Origin: Basidiobolus meristosporus CBS 931.73
Taxonomy: Eukaryota; Fungi; Basidiobolomycota
Direction: 5' to 3'
NCBI GenBank assembly: GCA_002104905.1
Contig: MCFE01000016.1
Coordinates: 1-64,000, forward strand
DNA length: 64,000 nucleotides
Shown one piece after another: positions 26,756-36,871 of the stretch. The stretch's first letter is position 1; the number at the start of each line of letters is the position of its first letter. The notes beneath the pieces were generated by a model. It was given only the letters and a program-made list of their open reading frames with translations, made no database searches and had not been told where the DNA came from. A program made the translations under genes and the position numbers.

Positions 26756-27826
26756 ATGACTTTCCACGCTAAAAGGATCCTGCCACATATTCCTCACCAC
26801 TCGAATACGAAATACTACGGCACCCGCCTTCGCGTTCTTGATGTTGAATCCATCGAGCTGGCTCGTCAACTAACACTCTTTGACTCCTATTTGTTCAATC
26901 AAATCAAGTCCGTGGAGTGCATGCACGAAGCGTGGCGACGAACAGAATCGTGGATGGCGGTCAATATCAAAGAGGTGCTAAAGGTATTCCAGCAGGTTGG
27001 TCATTTTCATCCAGAAGCAATATCAGAGGTGCCATTGCTATTTTTGGAAACTAATGGGTTTTTCTTAGATCAAATATTGGGTGGCTTATACAATATTGAG
27101 CGAGAAGGATACAATCAAACGCACCCATACAGTAGAACATTTCATTAGCATGGCTTCGGTAAGCACGCTCGTTAGTAAGCTAAGTTCATATCAGGTCAAG
27201 CGGCTAAAAACCTCATCGTCGAAACTTTAGTACTGCTCTTCATGGAACAATTTTAATACTTGCATGGCAATACTCGAGGGCTTCAGTGTCGCCCCAGTTC
27301 CTTCACTGTGGCATACTTGGCAGGTATTGTAAACGGCCACCTTTAGCAAAATCCTGCCCCTAACCCACTTCTCTCGTAGTCGCTTGGTAGCAAGTATAAG
27401 TCTTGCTTGGAACATCTGCGAGCACTGATGAGCCCCTGTAGTGACTTTCAGTTGTACCGTGCCAATCTTGAGTCACTCTCCACTCCGTGTGTACCTTACC
27501 TACGTAGGCTGAATTTCCTTGACATTGATATCACCCACGCGATATACTCAGTTCCTTCTACAGACACGTACTTGAACGATTGTGAAACCAGTGCCATCAG
27601 CGTGGAACAACTAATCCTCGAAGTTGAGCGACATCAGGGAAATTACGACTTCTCAGTCAGCGCCGATTTACTGCAATCTATTATCCAAGGGCTGCACGAC
27701 CACGGGGCCTTGAGTGCTATCATCAAGATAGTAAAGCAGATGGAGGAAAAAAACGAAAGTCACACTAGTTTTCCCGACGAAGAATACCGATTTTCACTCC
27801 GGTTGATCCAGCATTCCCACATTTGA
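26756..27826 (+). CDS. Stand-alone RasGEF (CDC25-like) domain protein, ~269 aa, paralog A
   Basis: Exons 26756-26995, 27069-27158, 27231-27323, 27380-27503 and 27564-27826. Motifs ELARQLTLFDSYLFNQIKSVEC, IKYWVAYTIL, NNFNTCMAILEG, YRANLESLSTPCVPYL. Confidence 0.85.
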
Positions 27827-28584
27827 ACGCAACCAAGCACCCAAAGATCGTATACAACACATGAACACCAAACTAGCACCCACACCCCATATTTACCCCT
27901 TAATTTGAAGTAGGTTTATATATATTAATAGAACCTCATCCAGACTTGACTTTCGTAATGTGGAAGAGTTGCCATTATCTCAGTTAATTTAATAACAAGT
28001 AATAAATGGGTTGTTGATCAACTTCACAACACGACAGATAGAGCTCACAGACCTGATATAGCTCGATGAGCCACGATATGATTTGGGGTGATCCTGCGAC
28101 CACAGTCAATGGATATGCCAATGAACAATGTATGAAATGAGCCACTGAATGAATGGAATTATCGGTCAATTAATTAATTAATTCATTCTATTTGTCACAC
28201 CCCATCCTACATGGGCTCATGAATACCATTGGTGATTTGCTTCTGATATGGGGCATACACCAAGCCCCCTAACCGTTTTTATATAGACCAAAAATAGACG
28301 GATGCATGAGGAAACATACATATTAAACAAATTGGGTATTTACATCCGTTTTCTGATTAACATGATCAATCGATCTGTCGAGTGATGGGTTTCTTCATAC
28401 CCACGAAATTTTCAGTTAAATCTGCACACAAGTAATTCCCTTTTTTCTTCTGTCTCTTAGTTTGCATATAATTCTCGGGTGCTTCTCGTTTAGTTCTTTG
28501 AACAGTCTCTCTTTCCACGCCCAGCCAGCCTTTCAATATCTGTAGTCCCGGCGCCCAGCTAAAAAACGTTCCTATTTCATTTCA

Positions 28585-28882
28585 ATGCCTGCCTCAGGAT
28601 TAAACGCTATGTCGGAGCAGAAGCTCAAGAAGATGATTGAGCAAAATAGCCGATTGCGGGAGCAACTGGATTTGCCTCGTGTTCCAGTATCCCAGGCAAG
28701 CCAAATGTAGGTAACTGTAAGACTGTTCACAACAACCGGCGGCTGACACTCCTTTCTGTTGTAGGCTCATAAAATATGTCACCACCACACGTGATTATCT
28801 GGTTCCTTCTGTGTGGGGAACGCCGGGAGCTAATGATCCTTTTGTTAGCAAAAGTAGCGGTTGCGAGTGCACAATCCTATGA
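28585..28882 (+). CDS. Heterotrimeric G-protein gamma subunit (Ste18/GGL-like)
   Basis: Two exons, 28585-28706 and 28765-28882: MPASGLNAMSEQKLKKMIEQNSRLREQLDLPRVPVSQASQMLIKYVTTTRDYLVPSVWGTPGANDPFVSKSSGCECTIL*. GGL pattern plus CaaX 'CTIL'. Not in the ORF track. Confidence 0.93.
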
Positions 28883-29260
28883 GTTTTCTTTATCTCCATG
28901 GGTATTTAGGGGCCTGGTCATCCAGAGCATCGGCAATATGTATTTTGCGCTCACGACCGACAACGCTCCACATAGGTTTTTTTGAATCACCCTAGCCTGC
29001 AGCCGTGATGTTCCTTCATCTTCTATCATAGTTGAATATTTTCCCCACATTTTTCTCGTCGGTTTTATTTGTTGTACAGAAGTTATATATCCCGCTAATA
29101 AGGTAGTCCCCTCTTCTAATGGACTCGTTAAAGCCTTAATAATCACTTACACTTGAAATCTTATTCTTACGTGTTGATAACCTATATGCCTTCTTGAGTT
29201 ATTAGTTTTCGTATCGGTCAGATAGAGAAGCCTTGAACTGGGCAGTTCTGTATTGTCAAC

Positions 29261-30118
29261 ATGGGGGATTGCAGGCGTTTTCTCAGAATTGACGATTGGA
29301 TTTTGAGTATAGCCTGCAGCTGGTTTCTTGCTCGCGAGGATATTGATATGCAGACGTACATCCCACGGGATGTAGGGAAGAGCGTATTTCAAGAGGCAGC
29401 TAACATCGAGGATCATGCCTTGGTACACGTGAATATACTGGCCTAACAGGGCCTGCAGGCTGGGTCGAAAACGTGCTACAAACAGATGATTGTGGCTGAT
29501 ATGATCTCATATGAGTTGATGAACATACAGGCAACCAACCAAGAATCGAAAAACGGCTTTGTTACTTTTCTCCGAGGGATCTATAAAGTTGGCCGGTATG
29601 CTGAACAACCCAAAATCAAGGTCTCCCCTTCATTACCTCTACTGTAAATCACCAATACTCTACTTTAATTCACATCCAATCTACCCTTATTTTATTAACC
29701 CATTATGTCACTAATGCTTCAGTGGTTCTTAACGATTTGTCAGCTTGACCGTAATAATAAGATACAGAAGCTTCAGGTCAACGAGGCAACTCCAGAGGAT
29801 TGGGAGGAGTGGGTTTACCTCCAATCCGATGGTTCCTTGGGGAAGTTACCAGAAATCACGACGTCTCTTCAGGAGATTCGCACTTTTGCTTCCAAAGAAC
29901 CAAAAGCCTTTACACTCTCCGATTATGCCAAGCTTGAAAAGTTGTACCGATATCTTCAGAGCTCCCATGTAGATGTGACTGATAGTTATCTGACTCAATT
30001 AAAAGATCATCAGCAGAAGGTAGCCAGAGCCAAACATGATGGATTCCACTTCCACCCTAATCTGGAGCACTACAAGATGAACACCAGGTCTAGTGGAGTC
30101 TCACTTCGCGGTCATTAG
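29261..30118 (+). CDS. Hypothetical protein, multi-exon; 5' and 3' ends uncertain
   Basis: Protein-like exon ~29735-30118 (LDRNNKIQKLQVNEATPEDWEEWVYLQSDG..DYAKLEKLYRYL) preceded by an in-phase exon ~29453-29620 (GLQAGSKTCYKQMIVAD..QPKIK). The start is ambiguous, and a competing minus-strand ORF (29147-29428) overlaps the 5' part. Confidence 0.45.
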
Positions 30119-30787
30119 ATGCTAGTATTGTTAGCAGGGTTGGCGGGTTTATGTATCGTACGTAAGGATAATCTAGTATATGTCTATTTAGTGACTGCCC
30201 GATTTCACATCATGCTCTGTAACGCATATGCTACTCCACCTTTTGTTCATTGAGGAATAAACCTTATGGTCGTATACTTGATCGAATGACGATTTGTGCT
30301 AATGTGCATGACCAATGGGGCGATTTGTACGTTAAGCTCGGCTCAATATACGGAATATAGAGTTCAATTGGATTGTCGATAAGCAGCCACATAATGTCCA
30401 CATCCCAACGGAACAACACGAACAACAAGCTACAAGATCCGAAACAGAGTGCTTCATGGAGAATACCTGTTATAAATAGAGTGGAATCCATTGAATGAGA
30501 AAATCCCCTTGTGTGTCGAGAGTTTGAAGAACCAACAGTGCTTTTGTATACACATGACATAATATCCAGATCGGAATGGATGGAACTCGTTGAAAAAAGA
30601 TCAGAGGAAGATTTCCGCTTGTTTCCAAGTTAGTTTAGCATGGCGAGCAGTCGTTGGCACGGTAAGGAATTAAGAGGTCATGTGGGGTTTCAGAATCATT
30701 TCCCGAAGTTACAACTCGACTTATTTATAAGTTCGTCGTGGCGGTTGTTAAGCTCAAACAAAACACATTCACTTTTACGAAGTTAGT

Positions 30788-33700
30788 ATGGTACTTCCTC
30801 CTCTTGGACCACCGGGAAGAGACCGTAAATTATGGCTGATACACACGATTACCGCTTTGGCAACGGTCGGATCCCTTACTGCACAACAATCCTATGCTGC
30901 TACCCAGATCGACACGCCATCAAAGCCTTCTGTTAACGACATTTCCACACCATCCCCCAACCTTGCTGCTAATCAGGCCAGTGTTTCGAACTTTGGGGTC
31001 GCCCTAAATATCCAGTCCAAAAGCCAAGCAGTGAAAAAGGTGGGACGATCCGGGAAAACAATCGTCAAGAAGGTGTATAGGCCAGGTAAGATCATACGTA
31101 AAACGATACCCAGGCCTGATACGAAGAAAAAGCGCGTTGATGGGAAAACGGCCCCGAAACCCTCTCAGCAACCTAATGCAGTGGAGAAGCCTATTGAGGT
31201 CGAGAATCCCATAAACAAGAAAATCCTTTTACCTGGCAAAGATGCCCAGAAGGAGATTAAAGATTCCACCAAGGAAAAGAAAGTTGACGAGGGCAAAAAA
31301 CCTGAAGCCACACCTGAGAAGATTTCAAATGGGTCCAACGAATCTTCGCCAAAGCAGGTAGTTAGCACAGCCGATGCTACAGTGAAAAATACCAGCGACA
31401 CCATGTCGGCCAATGAAAAGAAGGAAAGCACACCCAACAATGCAACTGAGGGGAAAAAGGAAAGTGGGAAAGGGGACTTGACGAAAACCCCTCCTGAAGA
31501 AAACAAGGTTGTTAAACCCGACACGAATATTGCTGGCAATATGGAAGAGTACAACGGCGGTAAAAGGGACACGACGACAATCTTGAAACAGGAACCTTTG
31601 CTGGATAACAAAGAAGTTTTATTGAAGACGTATATCCCAGGGAAAACGCTTGTTACGAAAGTGCCAGTAGGGCCTACGTATGCTACTAAAAAGACTCTCA
31701 TTCCTGGACAAATTACATACAAAGACGTGGAGGTTCCGGGGAAGACGATAGTTCGGAAAGTCCCTTATGGCCCTACTTACAAGTCAAATCAAGTCGTCAT
31801 CCCCGGCAAGAAGCTGGTTCAGAGAGTCAAACTCCCTGGAGAGACACGGGTTCGGAAAATACTATTGGGACCGACTTATGGTAAAAAGAAGGTTTATGAG
31901 CAATCGAATGGAGAATCAGCCTCTGGGGTCGGCTACAAGCAAGTCAAGATACCTGGCGAAGTTAGAATAAAACGTGTCAAGTCTCAACCCTTATACGCAT
32001 ACGAGGACATGACGATCCCTGGTGAATCGAAGTACAAGGTAGTTCGGGTTCCAAACAAAACCTTGGTCTACAAAACTGCTACTCCTGCGGAATACACTAT
32101 CCAGAAAGTGCTCGTTCCCGGCAAAAAAGTCATTCAACCAAATCCGGGTAGTACCAAAGATGTAGTCATCAAAAAATATATCTCTGAAGAATATGGCTTC
32201 AAGTTTACCGAGACGCCTGGCAGTTATGTTATCAGAAGAAAACTTACTCCTGGTCAAAGCATCAAGAAAAAGGTTGTGCGCAGTCCTCAATACGGCTACA
32301 AAGTAGTTAGCGTGACTGGGGAGCCAGTGAAAGTCAAGGTACGTGTTCCTGGTGAGATTATTGCCACGAAGGTTCGAGTACCTGCCGAATATGGCTACAA
32401 GAAGGTCTACATCCCGGGAGTATCCACTATCAAAAGATTTAAAGTAGTAAGCGGCTCAAAGAAGATACCTTATCTCAAAAAGCCTGTATACAAATATGAA
32501 AAGCATCTGGTTCCTGGCGAAAAGTCTATTAGAAAGTTCCGCATACCTGGTCAGACTATCAGAAAAATCGTCAAGATTGAGCCGAAATATATTTACAAGA
32601 AAATACCAAGAAAAGTCAACTTTGTCACCAAGAAAATCAGAGTACCAGCCAAAACTTTCACAATCAAGGTGCCGACAAGAGAAGAGTACGGGTATACTAG
32701 GTACCTCTCCCCGAGTGGGTTCAGAATCGCGAAAACCCGTATCCCTGGAAAACGAATTGCCCAAATTACTCGTATCCCCGCAAGGTTTGGCTACAATATA
32801 ATCAAGCAACACGCACCGCCAAGATATAGAAAAATATATGTCCCTGGAAGAACGATAGTACAAAAAGTACGGATTCAAAGGGATGAAGTTACGGCTATAG
32901 ACCTTCCACCAGTCCAGGAGTATGTAGAGGAATACTTTGACAGTACAGATGGTATCTACAAACACAGACTCCAGCGTTGCTCTTGGGATATTCGTCAGAG
33001 CCAGTATGACTGCAAGATCAAAGAAAACTCTGTCGATGAGACATTAGAGTCAAGCCCAGATTTTGAAGAAGAAACGTATGTCCCACCTGCGCAAAGATAC
33101 ATTGAGGAATATGTTGATAGATATAGCGGTGAGACCAGTCGACATCTCAAAGAATGCATTTGGAGACCTGAGATCAAAAACACTGTTTGCACTACAAAGG
33201 ACCTAGAATTACCAGATACTTCAAGCCAAAGATATTTCGAGCCTGGAACCACGGTTACTAATATATATCTGCCCCCTGACCGCGTATACATCGACGAATA
33301 CTTGGACAAAGCAACCAATTCGATGGAAAGAAGACTACGAGTTTGCACGTGGGATATCAAAAGCACAAGCTACAAATGTAGTAGCAAGGATATGGACGAC
33401 AACAGCTTGGCGATTTCGCCTGGTACCAAGGAATCGACAGACGAAAATATGGGCTTGAAGGTTACTACAAAAGCCCAGGCTTGTACATCAACACTGGGTG
33501 GTGAATGTGAAATCAATCAAAAGGAGTTCGGAAACTTCAAGCCACTGTCTCTCAATGGACCAAACGATCCCGCGGATATTAAATTGTATAGCGGTTTGAC
33601 GTTACAAGACATCTACTGGCCAGAGATAGATCCAAACGCTCTTGTCGCAGATAGGGTCTTTATCTACGAGTTTGTGGATCAAGCCGTGATGCAAACGGAA

Positions 33701-34537
33701 AGACGGGTGGTTGTATGCAAGTACGATGCCTACTCGCAGTCATGGACGTATGCTAGCATTTCAGGTGAAATACTGTCCACACCTCTGAATATGGAAGAGA
33801 CCAGCGAGGACGATGGCACGATAGTTTTGGTGAATGGGAAAACGCAGGAAACGGTGTACATCCCTCCGAAAAAAGAGGGATACACCATTCAACCAGCCGA
33901 CAGAATATACATTCAAGAGTACTTTGATGAATCAGTTGGAATTAGTCATCGTCGATCAAAAATATGTATATATCTCACGCAGCTACAAAATTGGAAGTGC
34001 CAGGAGAAGACCGAAAAGATTGATAACGCTTTCACTGCTACCGTTCATCTTCCTCCCATTGAAGACAGAAGCATGGCAGGTATGGATGCTGGCTCCAATA
34101 GTTATGAAAACATCCTACAGCAAGAAGCTATAAGCACCAATCCAACCGACGCTGGGCAAAATCAATACGAAATATGTACACTAGATGCTGATGGTAAATG
34201 GAAATGTACCCCTAGCAAAGACCAATCAAAGAACCCTCTGGAATCCGCATCCATCGACCTGAGCTTTATGAATAACTTGATACTGCCGTATGAAGGTTCC
34301 ACTGAATACCAAAGGGAGTATCCTAGGGAAAATAACAACACCCTTGACAACATATTCAAGTACGATTCAAACAGCTTGGACAACGAAATTTCGATGATAA
34401 ACCAAATGGACGAGAACAGCATCGAGCCTCAGGGTTTAACTTCTCAAGTCGACGGTTTAGAAGGCTCTTTTGATGGACTTGCAGAGCTGTTGGATTTGGG
34501 AAATTCAAACATGTCAGATAACCTCCATAATCAATGA
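30788..34537 (+). CDS. Large intronless repeat protein (1249 aa), probably secreted or surface-exposed; family not recognised
   Basis: Single 3750-nt ORF. N-terminal hydrophobic segment LWLIHTITALATVGSLTA, a Lys/Glu/Ser/Thr low-complexity region, a Lys/Val/Pro-rich repeat array, five acidic ~43-aa modules, and an acidic Asn-rich tail. Confidence 0.9.
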   Translation: MVLPPLGPPGRDRKLWLIHTITALATVGSLTAQQSYAATQIDTPSKPSVNDISTPSPNLAANQASVSNFGVALNIQSKSQAVKKVGRSGKTIVKKVYRPGKIIRKTIPRPDTKKKRVDGKTAPKPSQQPNAVEKPIEVENPINKKILLPGKDAQKEIKDSTKEKKVDEGKKPEATPEKISNGSNESSPKQVVSTADATVKNTSDTMSANEKKESTPNNATEGKKESGKGDLTKTPPEENKVVKPDTNIAGNMEEYNGGKRDTTTILKQEPLLDNKEVLLKTYIPGKTLVTKVPVGPTYATKKTLIPGQITYKDVEVPGKTIVRKVPYGPTYKSNQVVIPGKKLVQRVKLPGETRVRKILLGPTYGKKKVYEQSNGESASGVGYKQVKIPGEVRIKRVKSQPLYAYEDMTIPGESKYKVVRVPNKTLVYKTATPAEYTIQKVLVPGKKVIQPNPGSTKDVVIKKYISEEYGFKFTETPGSYVIRRKLTPGQSIKKKVVRSPQYGYKVVSVTGEPVKVKVRVPGEIIATKVRVPAEYGYKKVYIPGVSTIKRFKVVSGSKKIPYLKKPVYKYEKHLVPGEKSIRKFRIPGQTIRKIVKIEPKYIYKKIPRKVNFVTKKIRVPAKTFTIKVPTREEYGYTRYLSPSGFRIAKTRIPGKRIAQITRIPARFGYNIIKQHAPPRYRKIYVPGRTIVQKVRIQRDEVTAIDLPPVQEYVEEYFDSTDGIYKHRLQRCSWDIRQSQYDCKIKENSVDETLESSPDFEEETYVPPAQRYIEEYVDRYSGETSRHLKECIWRPEIKNTVCTTKDLELPDTSSQRYFEPGTTVTNIYLPPDRVYIDEYLDKATNSMERRLRVCTWDIKSTSYKCSSKDMDDNSLAISPGTKESTDENMGLKVTTKAQACTSTLGGECEINQKEFGNFKPLSLNGPNDPADIKLYSGLTLQDIYWPEIDPNALVADRVFIYEFVDQAVMQTERRVVVCKYDAYSQSWTYASISGEILSTPLNMEETSEDDGTIVLVNGKTQETVYIPPKKEGYTIQPADRIYIQEYFDESVGISHRRSKICIYLTQLQNWKCQEKTEKIDNAFTATVHLPPIEDRSMAGMDAGSNSYENILQQEAISTNPTDAGQNQYEICTLDADGKWKCTPSKDQSKNPLESASIDLSFMNNLILPYEGSTEYQREYPRENNNTLDNIFKYDSNSLDNEISMINQMDENSIEPQGLTSQVDGLEGSFDGLAELLDLGNSNMSDNLHNQ

Positions 34538-36871
34538 GACGCTGGGCTTGACTATTTTGCATAGAATATCAGCTGGTACTCTGAGTATAATAACCATAGA
34601 TATATGTTTTATCAACAGGAATTTTTATTTATTGAATCAGCCATATGATAGCCAAACTGGATGCAACAGCTTTTTATTCAATTTATATCGATGCATTGAG
34701 AACTTTCGCTTTGGCGCTGCGACGTCAATAGTCGATGCATTAAGTGATTTGTTGAAAACAATAAATACATTAATTTTCAGCATGCACATTTCCATCAATA
34801 TTTCATCGCAAGCTTAAATCCATAAAGGCATGTTGCTAAGCCAACTCGTCCCCCCCTCCTACCATCCTGTTTATAGGCAAGGTGCTCACTTCCATCTAAA
34901 TTGCTGCCTGTCAACTACATGGTACAAGCTCCTTCCAGAATGAGGAAGTCCTGTCTTAGCAATATGGAATTCTCTCCTCACTCATTTCTACTGAAGACAT
35001 CTTCATGTCAGAGTTAGAAGATTTCTACATCTACTCGCAACTATACTAGAGTATCCAAGTTTGAATTATTTTCTCCGTTTATCCGTGCCAACTGGCAACT
35101 AAATTCGTGAGCTTAATAAACATACCTTCGAAATCATGGTAGGGGAGCACAAACAAAATTTCTGCATTCTGCATAATATTTAGCTTCCAGGAGATCGATT
35201 GCTTAGCCCTCAGACACTGTAAAGCTCCGGTAAAGTTATCAATACCATTGAGTGTGCACTTTCCATATCGGGTTTTCTCAAGATTTCCAACTGCACCGGC
35301 ATTATTATTATGCATATTATGATGTAAACTGAGTATTTTGTGGAGTGCATCTCTGTGCTATTATCACTTCAGTGAAGATGGATTGGCTTCCGAGACCATG
35401 GTTAATGTACTCAATGAGTGTGCAGTCAATCGGCTCAAATGCTTATGCGTTGGCGAGTATCTTTGCAAATGCCCCTTATATTTAAATGATGTTCACTTCG
35501 AACATGGCTTAGGCAAGGTCCAAAGCGTGTTTGAATCCCAGCAAATTTAATATTCTCACCGAATTCAAAATGTACATTCGGATATTCAGGTTTACTATGA
35601 TTGCAATAGTAAGCAACAAACGGTGGAAAATCCAAACTCGGGAGAGTTCGCCACTGCTGATGATTATGCCATACCCGGAACTTGGTATACAATCCTCACC
35701 AACTCGTGGAAGGGCATATGATGAGACTATGGCGTGGTGGGACAGGATGGTATTACAATAAACCAGACGTACCAATGGCTGGCCGTGCAGTGCTTCCATG
35801 GTATAAGCTTTTCGATCATTACCTCGTCATGTTTTTGATGATGATAACCCAGCTGTCGTACAATTGTCTAGATGAAGAAAAGCGACGATATTCAGGTATA
35901 TGAAAAATCCACAAGAATTCCGACCAAGTATTATATCATTATTGATTATCGAATAGTGCTCCTCGAAACCTTGGTTTCAGCCAATTAGTGTGTCTCGATC
36001 AGTCTTTGCTTGTACCGGTCACGCTCCCAAATGAATACTCATTCATACCATATATTGCGCTTAGTACTGTTGAATTCGTACTTATTAATGATTTCTTCGT
36101 TTAATATTCCACTATGCCTTCTTAGAACACGAAAAATCCAGCGTTCATATGTTTTGGGGTATCAAGATTTTGATCGTAAATCTGGTTAATTCCGCCAGTG
36201 TATGGGACCGTGTGATACACTGCCCCAAACATGTAGGGTAGAGAAGTGTGGCCTTGGAGTAATGTTACTGATGGCGGAAATGGTCGAAATCCGCTTTGTT
36301 CGCCCTCTTCGTGGAGTCATTGCATTATTATGCATCTTTTATCATAATATTTGACCTCGTGAGTTGGTCGTCAGGTTTCCGGCCCTTGTTGTCTAGAACT
36401 CAAGCTTCAAAGCCCTCGTTCGCACGTATACTGGAAGGCAAACAGGATATCTCAATGCCAGATTTATTCTTTCGTATGCCCCAAACCTCTGCGGCCCATA
36501 TCAGGTAGGACGTGATCACTTTGCTGCAATCTTCCTTCAGGTGACTACGTAACTCCCGATCAATTGAGGTTCTTGGAAAGTAATACTAATTACGGTGCTA
36601 CATAGGGACCATATATAGTTCATCATATATTTCCAATTTCCCTACAATGACCGGCGAAAGGCGTCCATGATTTAGTAGATTCAATTGATTTCCTAATGTG
36701 CGGCTACCAATTCAGTCCTGTGTAGCCTGATTGCATTTTTCTCAAGTATTCGCTATGGGTATAAATTCTGGTGCCAGCCTCACGCATACTTATTATTTCT
36801 TGTCATTCCTACCGGCAAGCTGGTGGTTATCTCACATCCTCAACTCCTTCACCCCGCTAACTCCACCGACA

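Noticed and set aside
28877-29428. Minus-strand ORFs that could splice into a small gene convergent on G-gamma
   Set aside because: They conflict with the plus-strand hypothetical gene and the G-gamma 3' end. There is no clear start or family, and it cannot be decided without RNA data.
31165-34562. Several 60-185-aa ORFs inside the 1249-aa gene
   Set aside because: Shadows produced by the biased composition of the large ORF; no independent motifs.
35500-36600. Possible copia RNase H scrap (VFDDDNPAVVQLS, + ~35835) and LINE scrap (LIWAAEVWG, - ~36490)
   Set aside because: Each is a single short motif in stop-riddled sequence, too weak to annotate.
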